A stretch of 64,000 nucleotides of DNA from an uncultured Planctomycetaceae bacterium (GTDB taxonomy: Bacteria; Planctomycetota; Planctomycetia; Pirellulales; PALSA-1355): positions 256,001 to 320,000 of the forward strand of contig CAWAUV010000004.1 of the NCBI GenBank assembly GCA_963785305.1, given 5' to 3'. A program made the position numbers and the translations under genes. Below the pieces are notes generated by a model. It was not told the origin of the DNA, did not search any database, and saw nothing but the letters and a program-made list of their open reading frames with translations. How positions within the stretch are numbered: the stretch's first letter is position 1; the number at the start of each line of letters is the position of its first letter. Positions 19,620 to 31,086 of this stretch are shown one piece after another.

Positions 19620-19685
19620 AGTCGGTTGAAAGACGAGTCGGTTGAAAGACAAGTCGGTTGAAAGACAAGTCGGTTGAAAGACAAG
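19620..19685. repeat. Tandem repeat, 4 x 16 bp (AGTCGGTTGAAAGACR)
   Basis: Units at 19620, 19636, 19652 and 19668 in the divergent MFS/kamA intergenic region. Confidence 0.92.
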
Positions 19686-19768
19686 GATAGATTGGGGCGA
19701 TCGTGGGTCGAGGCCAACGAAGGTCCGACCTTTTGTCTCAGCTCTAACAGAGGAGGGATTCGCACAAC

Positions 19769-21190
19769 ATGACCCACATCGAAGCCGCTTCGCTCGCGGC
19801 GTCGGCAGTTGCCCTGCCGGACGAATCGGAAGAGCCTCCCGGTATTTCGCGCCGGCATCCCAAATGGCATGATGTGCCTGAAAGCCAGTGGGATGACTGG
19901 CGTTGGCAAATGCAAAACGCCGTCCGCACCACCTCGCAATTGGCCGAGTTCTTTCCCTTGGCCGACCAGGAACTGCAAATCCTGGAGAATCTCGAAGCGA
20001 AGTACAAACTGGCGATTCCGCCTTACTACTTCTCGCTCATCAACCCACTCGACCCCCACGACCCGATCGGGCTGCAATCGCTGCCCAGCCCCGCCGAGCT
20101 TTCGGGCGGCTCCGTCGAATTGGAAGACCCCCTGGAAGAAGACAAAGACGCTCCGGTGCCCGGTCTCACGCACCGCTATCCCGATCGAGCCTTGGTCGTG
20201 ACGACCCATGTCTGCTCGATGTATTGCCGCTTTTGCACGCGAAAACGCGTGACCCTGGATCGCGAAGGTTGGGACGCCCCCAGCCGCAACGACGAGCGGA
20301 TGATCGAATACATTCGCGATCATCGCGAGATTCGCGATGTGATCCTCTCGGGCGGCGATCCGCTGTCGCTGCCGGTCGGCCGTCTCAAGTGGTTTGTCAC
20401 CAGCTTGGCGGCGATCGAGCATGTCGATGTCGTGCGAATCGGCACTCGGGTGCCGGTCACGCTTCCCCAGCGGCTGTTCGACACATCGCTGGTCGACATG
20501 TTGGCCGAGGCCCAAAAAGTCTGGATTCAAACCCATTTCAACCATCCCCGCGAAATCACGCCCGAAACCGCCCGGGCCTGCCGCAACCTGGTCAACGCCG
20601 GCATGCCGGTGAGCAACCACGCGGTGCTGCTCAAGGGCGTGAACGATTCGGTGGCCACGATGCGGGCCCTGGTGCGCGGCCTCTTGCGGATCAAAGTGCG
20701 GCCTTACTATCTCTTTCACTGCGACCCGGTCACCGGCGCGGGGCACTTTCGCACTTCGGTGTGGAAGGGCATCGAGATCATCGAGGGCCTGCGAGGCCAT
20801 GTGTCGGGCCTCGCGGTGCCGACCTATGTGGTCGATGGGTTGCATGGCGCCGGCAAGATACCGTTGATGCCGAACTACCTCGTCTCGGCCTCGGAAAACG
20901 CGGTCGTGCTGCGGAACTACGAAGGGCTCATCTTCCGCTATGCGCCGGAAGACAAAGCTCCCGCGGCCGAGAGCCGGTATCCGTCGCTGGGCGTAAGCAG
21001 CCTGCTGGGCGGTGGGGCCGAATCGCTCACTCCGGCCGGTAATCCGCGAATGGCTCGGCGAGAAGACCGCCTTGCTAGCGAAGTGGCCGAGGAACAGCGA
21101 AACGTGATTCAACTCGAGCCCTACCAGCAGCAGTCCGAGGCGGCCGATCCGCCGCGGACCAATTGGAACCGCCTGCCGCGGGCCAAGTAG
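19769..21190 (+). CDS. KamA family radical SAM/PLP 2,3-aminomutase
   Basis: HRYPDR, CSMYCRFCTRKR, LSGGDPL, THFNHPRE, PYYLFHCD and GAGKIP. GGAGG RBS. Confidence 0.93.
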   Translation: MTHIEAASLAASAVALPDESEEPPGISRRHPKWHDVPESQWDDWRWQMQNAVRTTSQLAEFFPLADQELQILENLEAKYKLAIPPYYFSLINPLDPHDPIGLQSLPSPAELSGGSVELEDPLEEDKDAPVPGLTHRYPDRALVVTTHVCSMYCRFCTRKRVTLDREGWDAPSRNDERMIEYIRDHREIRDVILSGGDPLSLPVGRLKWFVTSLAAIEHVDVVRIGTRVPVTLPQRLFDTSLVDMLAEAQKVWIQTHFNHPREITPETARACRNLVNAGMPVSNHAVLLKGVNDSVATMRALVRGLLRIKVRPYYLFHCDPVTGAGHFRTSVWKGIEIIEGLRGHVSGLAVPTYVVDGLHGAGKIPLMPNYLVSASENAVVLRNYEGLIFRYAPEDKAPAAESRYPSLGVSSLLGGGAESLTPAGNPRMARREDRLASEVAEEQRNVIQLEPYQQQSEAADPPRTNWNRLPRAK

Positions 21191-21673
21191 ACCTTCGCTT
21201 GGCCGAAAATCGTGATTCAGGCGGCCGGCGGTTCGGAACCGGAGAATCAAATCATCGGGCGCTCGGAGCGGCGAATGGGCTAGCTCCGGGCGCCCGCGGT
21301 TTTCTCGCACCTTGCTTTTTTCCGCGGATTGTTGCGCAAGGACCGCTTGCTGGTTCGTTTCGGCGCGGAGTAGGGCTTTCGATCACAACCCGAAACGTGA
21401 GTGAGGGCGGCGGGCCCACGCTCGCTCCATTGCGTGAACTCCATGTTCCTCCAGGGCGACTCATGAGAACGTGGGAGCTCGGAACCATTAAAATTCGGGC
21501 CGAAAACAAGCAAATATGGTACAAATAAGATAGGCGGCGGCGATGGTTTTCATCGCCTTGCGCGCCCCTTGATGTGCTCGGCGTCTGGTCTCGAAAAAGC
21601 GACCGCCGCGCGAGCCCCACCCGACGCGCAACGCCGCGCCACCCGACTGTTGAGATTTGGAAGGAGGCCCGTC

Positions 21674-22798
21674 ATGCGAATCGCTCTCACATTCAATGTG
21701 CGAATCGGCCGCCAATCGGCTCCACCGGGCGACCAGCCCGAGGATCCGCCCGCCCTTACGCCGAGCCACGAGCTCCCGGCCGACGAGCCCGATGGCCTCC
21801 CGGCTCCCGAGGTCGATGCGCTCGGCAGCCCGTTCGCCGCTTCCTGGGATCCCGAGGAGGAATACGACTCGCCGGCCACGATCCGCGCCATGGCAGAGGT
21901 GCTTGAATCGCTCGGCCACGAAGTCGATCTCTTGGGCGATGGCGAGTCGATGCTCCGCCGGCTGCTCAAGGGCCCGAAGCCCGACTTGGTGTTTAACATC
22001 GCCGAAGGGCGCGGCGAACTGCGTTCGCGCAAGGCGCATGTGCCGGCCGTGCTCGAAATGTTGGGCATTCCACACACCGGCTCCGATCCGCTCACCCTCG
22101 CGTCGACGCTCGACAAGGACTGCGCCAAGCGCTTGGTCGCCTCCTGGGGCGCCGCCACTCCGGCCTGGGCGATCTACAAAGGCGACTGGTCGGCGATTGC
22201 CGATCACGTGGCCGATATTCCATTTCCGGTGTTCATCAAGCCGGCTTACGAGGGCTCGAGCAAAGGCATCTTGACCTGCTGCCTGATCCACGATATCGAG
22301 GAGCTCCGCGCGACGCTCGCCCAATTGCACGCCACCTGCAAGCAGCCGGTGCTCATCGAGGAATTCATCGACGGCGACGAGCTCACGGTGGGCCTCGTGG
22401 GCAACGATCCGCCCGCGGTGCTCGGCGTGATGCGAGTGCTGCCCAAGGTCGACGACGGAGAGCCGTTTATCTACAGCCTCGACGTGAAGCACAATTACAA
22501 AGAGTTGGTCGACTACGAATGCCCGGCCAAGCTTTCGGCCGACGACACCGCCGCCGTGCATGAGGCGGCGATTCGATGTTGGAACGCGCTCGGCTGCCGC
22601 GATGTGTCGCGAATGGATTTTCGCCTTCGCCAGGGCACGCCCTATTTCCTGGAAGTCAATCCGTTGCCCGGTCTCTCGCCTTTTACCGGCGATCTCGTGA
22701 TCCTCTCGCGAGCCGTGGGCATTGAATATCCCGAGCTGCTTTCGCGGATCGTCGAGGCGGCCGTCGAACGCATGGAGCAACCGGTCTCCGTGGCCTAG
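21674..22798 (+). CDS. D-Ala-D-Ala-ligase-like ATP-grasp enzyme 1
   Basis: VFNIAEG, IPHTGSD, LDK, KPAYEGSSKG, EEFIDG, RMDFR and LEVNPLPG. AAGGAGG RBS. Confidence 0.9.
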   Translation: MRIALTFNVRIGRQSAPPGDQPEDPPALTPSHELPADEPDGLPAPEVDALGSPFAASWDPEEEYDSPATIRAMAEVLESLGHEVDLLGDGESMLRRLLKGPKPDLVFNIAEGRGELRSRKAHVPAVLEMLGIPHTGSDPLTLASTLDKDCAKRLVASWGAATPAWAIYKGDWSAIADHVADIPFPVFIKPAYEGSSKGILTCCLIHDIEELRATLAQLHATCKQPVLIEEFIDGDELTVGLVGNDPPAVLGVMRVLPKVDDGEPFIYSLDVKHNYKELVDYECPAKLSADDTAAVHEAAIRCWNALGCRDVSRMDFRLRQGTPYFLEVNPLPGLSPFTGDLVILSRAVGIEYPELLSRIVEAAVERMEQPVSVA

Positions 22799-22808
22799 GC
22801 ACATGCGC

Positions 22809-23875
22809 ATGAACGACGCCCGCCCGAAGCAGCCCGAGCATGTGGCCGTGCTCTACAACGCGCCCACCTTGCCGCCCGAGCATCCCGACCACGCTTCCGA
22901 AGCGGGAGTGCTCGAAGCGGTCGAGGCGGTGGAAACCGCGCTGCGCTCCGCAGGCCGACGCGTTTCCCGGGCGGCGGTCTCAACCGATTGCCGCTCGCTG
23001 TGCGAGTCGCTCGCGCGGCTGGCGCCCGATGTGGTTTTCAATCTCTTCGAGGGTTTCCAGGGCGGCGGGGCGGGCCAAGGGCACATTGCCGCGCTCGTGG
23101 AACTTCTCGGACTGCCGCTCACCGGCGCCGGCCCGCGCTCGCTGCTGCTCACGCAGGACAAGGCCCGCTGCAATTGGATGCTCACCGCCGCCGGGGTTCC
23201 GACGCCGCCCTTTTATCACGCCGCGCGTGGGGCGAAGCTCGATCGCGAACGAGTCGGCGCGCTCCTGGCCGCGGGGCCCGTGATCGTGAAGCCGGCCTGC
23301 GAAGACGCCAGCCTCGGTATCGGCCCGGGCAGCGTGACGACATCGCTCGACGCCGCGCTCGGCCAATCGGCCATGTTGACCGAGCGCTATGGCGATGTGC
23401 TGATCGAGCGTTTCATTGCCGGCCGGGAATTCAATGTGGCGATCGTCGGATGGCCGCGTCCGCGACTTTTGCCGCTGGCCGAGATCGAGTTCGATTCGCG
23501 GCTTCTGGACCACGAGCGTCTCGTCACCTACGACGCCAAATGGTCGCCCGGCGGCGGCGCCGATCTGGCCACGCCGGTCCGCTGTCCGGCCGATGTGGCG
23601 CCGGAGCTTGCCCGGCGGATCGAACAAGTGGCGCTGGCCGCATATGAGCTCACGGACTGTCGCGACTATGCGCGGATCGATGTGCGGATCGACGCTCGCG
23701 GCGAGGCGTATGTGATCGACGTGAATAACAATTGCGACATCAGCCCTTCGGCCGGCCTTGTCCGGGCGCTCGGCGTGGCGGGGCAAAGTCACGCCGAGTT
23801 CATCGAGGAGCTGGTGACCGCCGCGTTTGCTCGAGGTCTCGCCACGGACTCGCATGCGCCGTCGGCGCGACTTAG
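22809..23875 (+). CDS. D-Ala-D-Ala-ligase-like ATP-grasp enzyme 2 (end approximate; reads through into next gene as assembled)
   Basis: VFNLFEG, QDKA, KPACEDASLG, ERFIAGREF, YDAKW, RIDVR and IDVNNN. Confidence 0.82.
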
Positions 23876-23972
23876 TTTGACGTTCGCTCGCCGCGCGGAT
23901 TATATTGACGGCCCATTCGTCGCTTTCCCCCTCGGAAGCGCATTCTCTCTTCCATCCGCGGAGCAAGCTCCC

Positions 23973-24926
23973 ATGAATCCCGATCACGATGGCGCGAATC
24001 CGTATGCTTCCGAGGGCGGTCCCGCCGCGAATCATCCCACGAGCGGCAAAGCAACCGCGAGCTTGGTGCTTGGCATTACTTCGCTCTTGCCGTGCATCTC
24101 GCTCTTCGCCGGCATTCCCGCGATTATCTTTGGCGCCTTGGGGCTGGGAGACATCGCGCGCAGCGGGGGACGCTTGCGGGGTAACGGTCGTGCGATCACG
24201 GGGATTACTACCGGGGGCATCAGTGTGCTCATGCTTCCGATCGCGGGAATACTGATCGCGCTGCTATTGCCGGCGGTGCAAGCGGCCCGCGACGCGGCGC
24301 GACGAAACAGTTCGATGAACAATCTCAAGCAAACGGCCTTGGCGATTCACAATTATGTGGATTCCAACCACCATCTTCCCGCCGCCGCGACTCGCGACGA
24401 CGCCGGCAACCCGCTCTGGAGTTGGCGAGTGGCGATTTTACCCTATCTAGATGAAACGCCGCTGTTCGATGCTTTCGCGAAAGATGAACCTTGGAACGGC
24501 CCCGCGAATCAACCGCTCGTCGCCCGTGAGCCGTCGGTGTATGTATCGCCCGGCGCCAATAATCGGATGCCCGGTGAGACCCATGTGCTGGCGATCGTGG
24601 ATCGCGAGGCGGCGTTCACGCCCGAAGGCCCTATCGGCTTCGAAGATATCAAGGACGGCGCGGCGAACACGCTACTGGCCGTCGAGCTGCAAGACTCGGG
24701 AGTCATGTGGTCGGAGCCGCGCGACTTATCGATCGACGAATTCATCGCGGCCATGAAGCGTCAGCCCGGCGAACCAGGTCCGCGACCGATCTACCACGCG
24801 GGCGTTTGCGCCGTGTTCGCCGATGGCTCGACGCGGTTGCTTGCTCCCGATTTGCACGAAGCGGTGCTGCGCTCGCTTTGCACCCGCGCGGGCGGTGAAA
24901 ATGTGCGACTGCAAGATTTCGATTGA
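23973..24926 (+). CDS. DUF4190 + DUF1559 membrane protein
   Basis: SGKATASLVLGI, then IALLLPAVQAARDAARR...NNLKQTALAIHNY, SWRVAILPYL and FADGS. Own GGAG RBS and TTGACG/TATATT promoter-like motif at about 23877-23906. Confidence 0.85.
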   Translation: MNPDHDGANPYASEGGPAANHPTSGKATASLVLGITSLLPCISLFAGIPAIIFGALGLGDIARSGGRLRGNGRAITGITTGGISVLMLPIAGILIALLLPAVQAARDAARRNSSMNNLKQTALAIHNYVDSNHHLPAAATRDDAGNPLWSWRVAILPYLDETPLFDAFAKDEPWNGPANQPLVAREPSVYVSPGANNRMPGETHVLAIVDREAAFTPEGPIGFEDIKDGAANTLLAVELQDSGVMWSEPRDLSIDEFIAAMKRQPGEPGPRPIYHAGVCAVFADGSTRLLAPDLHEAVLRSLCTRAGGENVRLQDFD

Positions 24927-25074
24927 CACGGTGACGATCACGCGCGGGTATCGGCCACCGCCGCGCTCGACATTGAACGCGGCGAGTTTTGTGCGGCGCT
25001 TCACGAGCTCGAAAAATGTCGCAAGCATATTTTTCAACAAGCTGACCGAAGCCTCTTATGCGGAAGACGGCCCC

Positions 25075-25839
25075 ATGATTATGGATGCGGACGAAGAACA
25101 GTCTCGCAAATCGAAATCGAATCGCGCCATTGGCGTCGGCGCCCTGGTGATCTTTGGCGGCTTGATAGCGGTGGCGACGCCCTTTGTGCTTGCCGCGCGC
25201 GAGGCCGCGCGGCGAAATGTGTCGATGAAGCATATCGAGGAAATCGGGCATGGAATGCAGTCGTATCATTCCGCACAAATGCGCTTCCCCGCCGTCGCCC
25301 TTCGCGACGACGCGGGAAATCCATTGTTGAGCTGGCGGGTGCTGATAACTCGCTATTGCGGCGAGGAAGCGGCGGTCTTAGGCAACGCTTTCAAGAAAAA
25401 CGAGCCCTGGAACAGTCCCGCGAACATGCCGCTCGCCGAGAGGGCTCCGATGATCTATGTCGCGCCGCAAGGGCTCGACTTCAATCATGGCGAGACCAAC
25501 GTGCTCGCGGTGGTCGATCTCGATACCGTAATCACGCCCGATGGCCAAGTGAACTTACGCGATATCGCCGATGGCGCGGCCAACACGATACTGGCCGTCG
25601 AGCTGCAAGACTCGGGAGTCATCTGGTCGGAGCCGCGCGACTTGACGATCGACGAATTTATCGCGGCCATGAAGCGTCAGCCCGGCGAACCGGGGCCGCG
25701 ACCGATCTATCGTGACGTGGTTATGTGTCTCTATGCCGACGGCGGCACTCGCGGCCTTCCGATCGATACGACGCCCGAAATGCTCCGGGCTCTTTGTACC
25801 CGTGCCGGCGGCGAAAACGCGCAAGTCGGCAAGGAATGA
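25075..25839 (+). CDS. DUF1559 family protein (paralog of the previous gene)
   Basis: AAREAARR, SWRVLI, IADGAANT, WSEPRDL and YADGG. Confidence 0.85.
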   Translation: MIMDADEEQSRKSKSNRAIGVGALVIFGGLIAVATPFVLAAREAARRNVSMKHIEEIGHGMQSYHSAQMRFPAVALRDDAGNPLLSWRVLITRYCGEEAAVLGNAFKKNEPWNSPANMPLAERAPMIYVAPQGLDFNHGETNVLAVVDLDTVITPDGQVNLRDIADGAANTILAVELQDSGVIWSEPRDLTIDEFIAAMKRQPGEPGPRPIYRDVVMCLYADGGTRGLPIDTTPEMLRALCTRAGGENAQVGKE

Positions 25840-25860
25840 CGCGACGCGGCTTGGTGTCGC

Positions 25861-26383
25861 TTGCCACGAATTCAATCGAGAGCCGTGAACCGCGCGGCGC
25901 CGATTGCACAAAGAGGATCCTACGTCTTGCTTGCATTCGTCATAATTCTTGCGATTGTGTTCATCGCGCCGCTGGCGGGGGCCGGATTCTTTCCGCCGGG
26001 CGAGTGGCATGCCGAGTTGGTCAAGCCGCCGCTGAATCCGCCCAACTGGGTGTTTGGACCGGTCTGGACGGTGCTTTATCTGATGCAGACGATCGCGCGT
26101 GTGGCGCATTTGGCGCCGGCACGCGGCGCCGGACGCCGGGCTCGCGATCGCGATCTTCGCGGTGCAGCTTGTGCTGAACGCGCTCTGGACGCCGCTCTTT
26201 TTCGGCCTGCATTCGCTCGCCGGCTCGCTCGCGGATATCATCATGCTTTGGCTCGCGATCGCGGCGACGATGGCGACCTTTGCCCGGATCGATCGCGTGG
26301 CGACTTGGCTGCTCGCGCCCTACTGGGTCTGGGTTTCCTTTGCCACCTATTTGAACTTCATGATCTGGCGGCTCAATTCTTAA
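25861..26383 (+). CDS. tspO: TspO/MBR family protein (frameshift near 26095; start uncertain)
   Basis: [21 protein letters not shown], then [13 protein letters not shown] and [16 protein letters not shown] in the next frame. Confidence 0.88.
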
Positions 26384-26480
26384 ACGGCCCACGCGAGGCT
26401 AAAGAACCCGCGGAGGGAGTTTGCCGGGAATGTCGGACCACCGCGCGGCAATTGCGTTGCGAAATCATTTCGGACTTGTG

Positions 26481-27985
26481 ATGAGCATGTATCCACGGAA
26501 CACGAGATTGCCGCGATGTCTCGGCGCAATCGCGCTCATGATGTTCGCAACGATGGCGCGGGCCGACGAACAAGTGGCCGCGGCGCGGGGCGAGTGGCGC
26601 GGAATGCGGTTTATCGACAATGGCGAGCTTCGCCTGGGGGTCGATCTCGATCGCGGCGGGGCGATCACCTATCTCAGCGCGGCCGCCGATCCGGCACCGC
26701 GCGAAAGACGCCTTCGGGCAACGCGGCGGCGCCGGATCACTCGGCGGATAAGGAAATCGGTGCGGCGACGAGCCAAGACGCTCCCGAAAATATCGTCAAC
26801 AATTGGGACGACGGCCGCCAGATTCAGCTTTCGTTTTACTCGGGGCCGGTTCCGTTCGGCGCGGGCGATCAGCAGCCGGCGCCGCACTGGGCGGGCCTGG
26901 GTTGGAACCCGATCCAGGCCGGCGATTGCCACGGCCACGGCTCGTCGACGCTCGACTTTCGCTCCGATGGAAAGAGCCTCTATGTCCGCTGCCGGCCGAT
27001 GCAATGGCCGCTCGAAAACGTGCCGGGTGATTGTGTGTTTGAATCCTGGATCACGCTCGAAGGATCGACCGCCCGGCTGCGCGGCAAGCTCACCAACCAG
27101 CGGAGCGACCATCGCCAGTACCCGGCCCGGGGGCAAGAACTGCCGGCAATCTATACCAATGGCGCTTATTATCGACTGATGACCTATCGCGGCGCGAAGC
27201 CGTTTACCGGCGGACCGCTGGAGAGGATTGAAAAGCAGGGCGGCGATGCCCGCGATCCCTGGTCGCATTGGCAAGCGACCGAGCATTGGGCGGCGCTGGT
27301 GCGCGACGACGATTGGGGCTTGGGTGTCTGGTTTCCCGGTTGTCAGCCATTTACCGGGGGATTCGCCGGCAAGCCCGGCGCGGGCGGCTCGCACGACAAT
27401 CCGACCGGCTACCTGACCCCCAATCCACATGAGATTCTCGATCACGACATCGAGTACGAATTCGAATGCGTGCTCGTGGTCGGCAGCCTCGAGGCAATTC
27501 GCCGCTATGCGACCGAACACGATCGGCCGGCCAGCCCGCCGCGATATCGCTTTGCCGGCGATCGGCGCCACTGGTATTTGATCAACGCCACCGACCAAGG
27601 GTGGCCGATTGGCGAGACTTGGCGCGTGAAGCTCGAGGCCGACGATCCGCAGTTGATCTCGCCCGAGGGACTTTGGCAAGCGAGCGGGGCGAGGCGGCTG
27701 GTGATCGAAGCGGCCTACGACGCCCCGAGCGGCGATACATCGGGTCGCGATGGCGGCAAACGGCGAGGCGTCGTGTTTTGGCGGCGCTGGGAGGCGCCGG
27801 GCTTTAAAGAAGCGGCAAGCCTGCCGATCGAGTTCATCGCCGATGGTCAAATGCGGCGTTACGAGCTCGACCTTTCGGCCTCGAGCGAATACGCGGGCGC
27901 CATCAGCGGCCTGAGGATCGATCCCACTCCGAGCGGCGCCTCCGGCGAATCGATTACGGTGCGCGAGATTCGTTTCGAGCGATGA
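26481..27985 (+). CDS. Secreted hypothetical protein, possibly carbohydrate-active (frameshift near 26700)
   Basis: Signal peptide and IDNGELRLGVDLDRGGAITYL in one frame, then NNWDDGRQIQLSFY, WNPIQAGD...ISGLRIDP in the next. Confidence 0.7.
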
Positions 27986-28039
27986 AGCGCGACGGGCGAA
28001 GGAGGCATGAAGGTGGTTTTAGCGACTGCCTTCGACGGG

Positions 28040-29654
28040 TCATTCATCGCCCGCGATAGTGATTTGCCGATCGGAAAAACCACTTTCCATCGTGAGCGTC
28101 ACCTCGCCGGATTTGCCGGCCACGGCGGCGTGGAATTGCTTGGGCGTGCTCACAATCGTCTTGCCCACGCGCAGCACTCGCATATCGGGCTGGATTCCGG
28201 CGGCGGCGGCCGCGCTGCCCGGCGCGACGCTGGTGACCAGAATCTGGTCGCGATAGTCTCGCTTGGCCGATGCATAATCGACCACCATTCCGCGCCACGC
28301 CGGCGCCGGCGTGGTGGCGATAATCTTGCCAACGACGGCATACTTCGTAAGCTCGACCATTTTGGGAATCGTTTGTCCGTCGCGCACGACATTCAAACGC
28401 ACCACGCCATCGGCCGGTTGCTTGCCGACCTCGAGCACCAGCCCATCGGAATCGTAAATCGGGCGGCCGTCGACATGGGTGATGATGTCATCCGACCGCA
28501 GTTTGGCGCGGCCGGCGGGGGTGCCCTCAAGCACATTCACCACGCGCATGCCATGCCGGCCGGCCAACACTTCCTCGCGGCTAAGATTGCCGGGCGAGAT
28601 GCCCAAGAAACCATATTCGACCTCGCGGCCGCTCTTAAGGGTTTCGATCACGCGGCGAAAGGCGTCGTCCATGGGCACTGCATAGCCGGCGGCTTGCTCG
28701 TAGCCGGGCAGCGCGGCGGTGGCGGTCAATAGGCCGATCATTTCGCCCTTGAGATCGATAAGCGCCCCGCCGCTCGTGCCGAGATTGAGCTTGGCGTCGG
28801 TTTGGATCAGCGTGCCATATTGATGCAGCGTGGTTCGCGGCCGAGATTGGCGAGTGTCCTCAGCGCTGCGCCGGCGGACCCTTCCGCGAGAGATTCGAAA
28901 TAATTCCCCAACTGGCGCTTACTTGCCCATCGCGGGCGATCGCATAAGGGTTGCCCAGCGCGATCACGATTTGCCCCTTTTTGAGCGCCCCGCCATCGCC
29001 GAACTTGATCGGCGCGAGGTCATGGGCGTCGATCGCGAGCACCGCCAGGTCGCTCCGCGGATCGGCCGCTTTCTTTCTCGCCTTGTACGTGCGCCGGGCG
29101 GGAGTGGTCACATAAAAGACATCGGAATCGTCGATGTCGTGCCCCTCGTCGGCCAGCACATGATAGTTCGTCAGGATCAGGCCATCGCGGTCGATCACCA
29201 CGCCGGCCCCGAAATTGTTGGGAATAAAATCGGCGTCTTCCGGCTTCGGAGTGATATTGAACCGCGGCCGCCCAAAGGGATCGAACGGATGATCGAATGT
29301 GGCGTCGTCGCGCTCGCCACGCTTCACGCGCGCAATCGCCACGACCGAGTTCTCGGCCGACGCAATCGCCCCGGTCAGCGCCTGCTCGATCGCCGCCACC
29401 ACCGCGAGGCCGCTCGGCGCCGCCGGACCGGTAACCGAGGGCGGCTGCCCGGCAGCAGCCGCCGCGGGCTCTTGAGCCCAGAGCGGAGTAGCGCCCGCGA
29501 ACAAAGCGACGCCAACTGAAGCGATTCCAAACAGCGCGCCCAAAAGCGCCACGCGCGCCACGAAACCGCGCCGCCGCCAAACGCGCAGCCTGCGACTCGA
29601 TCGCGACCTATCGTCGTCTGCCACGCCACGCCCAGCCATGCCACGCATCGTCAT
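28040..29654 (-). CDS. HtrA/DegP-like serine protease with PDZ domains (frameshift near 28850; start approximate)
   Basis: ILTNYHV, SDLAVL, ALGNPY, LIQTDAKLNLGTSGG, GFLGI and two PDZ-like segments. Confidence 0.88.
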
Positions 29655-29727
29655 GCTCGTATCCTCGAAATGTCCGAGGAGCTTCAGCGCGACGGTGGGC
29701 GACATTTCCACTCCGGCGCGAGCTCTT

Positions 29728-30852
29728 TTACGATTCTACCTCGTCATCGGCCGGAGCGTCGTCGCCAGCCGCGGGCTGCGAGACGGCCAAATCGCTCGAA
29801 GCCATGATCTTTTCGCGCAGTTCTTCGGTCAGGGCCGGATTTTCCAGCATGTAGGCCCGAGTCTTTTCGCGGCCTTGTCCCAAATGCAAGTCGCCGTAGC
29901 GAAACCAAGCCCCCGAGCGAATCACCAGCTTGGCGGCGATCGCCAAGTCGAGCACATCGCCCTCGTAGCTGATGCCGCCTTGGTGCATCATATCAAATTC
30001 CGCGACCCGGAAAGGCGGGGCGACCTTGTTTTTCACCACTTTGGCCCGAACTCGCTGGCCGACCACGTCTTCGCCTTCCTTGAGCTGTCCGGTGCGGCGA
30101 ACATCGATGCGGCACGACGAATAGAACTTCAATGCTCGACCACCGGGCGTGGTTTCGGGGCTGCCGAACATCACCCCGATTTTCTCGCGAATCTGATTGA
30201 TGAAAATCACCGCCGTCTTGCTCTTGGAGATCACGCCGGTGAGCTTCCGCATCGCCTGGCTCATTAGCCGCGCCTGGAGGCCCACATGCGAATCGCCAAT
30301 TTCGCCTTCAAGCTCTTTCTTGGGCACGAGAGCCGCCACCGAGTCGATCACGATAATGTCCACCGCGTTGCTTTTGATGAGCATTTCGGTGATGTTCATC
30401 GCCTCTTCGCCGCTACCCGGCTGGCTCACCAGCAATGTTTCAAGCGACACGCCCAGCTTCTTGGCCCAACTTGGGTCGAGGGCGTGCTCCGCGTCGATAA
30501 AAGCGGCGATACCGCCCGTCTTTTGCGCCTGCGCCACCACATGCAGGGCGAGCGTCGTTTTGCCGCTCGATTCGGGACCGAAGATTTCGATAATGCGACC
30601 GCGCGGAATACCCTGGCCGCCCAGCGCCATGTCGAGCGAGAGGCTGCCGGTCGGAATGCCCGAAATGCGCACGGCATGGTCGGCGCCGAGCGGCATAATG
30701 GCGCCTTCGCCGAACTCTTTTTCAATTTGGGCCACGGCGTGCTTCAGGTCCGGATGATCGTCGAACACCGACTTGGCCGCGGGCTCTTTGCTTTTCTTGA
30801 CCGGCTTGGATTCTTTGGGCATGCGATTGTTACTTTTGGTGGCGGTGACCAT
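29728..30852 (-). CDS. recA: Recombinase A
   Basis: [39 protein letters not shown] and KNKVAPP. Confidence 0.98.
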   Translation of the reverse strand: MVTATKSNNRMPKESKPVKKSKEPAAKSVFDDHPDLKHAVAQIEKEFGEGAIMPLGADHAVRISGIPTGSLSLDMALGGQGIPRGRIIEIFGPESSGKTTLALHVVAQAQKTGGIAAFIDAEHALDPSWAKKLGVSLETLLVSQPGSGEEAMNITEMLIKSNAVDIIVIDSVAALVPKKELEGEIGDSHVGLQARLMSQAMRKLTGVISKSKTAVIFINQIREKIGVMFGSPETTPGGRALKFYSSCRIDVRRTGQLKEGEDVVGQRVRAKVVKNKVAPPFRVAEFDMMHQGGISYEGDVLDLAIAAKLVIRSGAWFRYGDLHLGQGREKTRAYMLENPALTEELREKIMASSDLAVSQPAAGDDAPADDEVES

Positions 30853-31086
30853 GCGAGCCGTTCCTTCGGGAAAGGGATGCGGGGGACACGTGAACGCATG
30901 TATATTATCGGCCCGATGCCGTGATGACAATAGGAACGCGCGAAAAATTATCCTTTCCCGAATCAGGGGCCAACGATGGAGCGGCCCCCTTGGACCTTAA
31001 TCCCAGCCGCGAAACATCTTAGCAAAATAAATGCCGCGGCCAAAAACAATTCTCGCCGGCGCCTTTTTCGATTTTTCGACAGGCTG

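Noticed and set aside
19620..19685. CRISPR-like repeat because of GTTGAAAG
   Set aside because: Units are 16 bp and directly tandem, with no spacers.
22722..24926. Apparent 734-aa fusion of an ATP-grasp ligase to DUF4190/DUF1559
   Set aside because: The linker contains a TTGACG...TATATT promoter-like motif, a GGAG RBS and an ATG at 23973. A lost stop through an indel is more likely than a real fusion.
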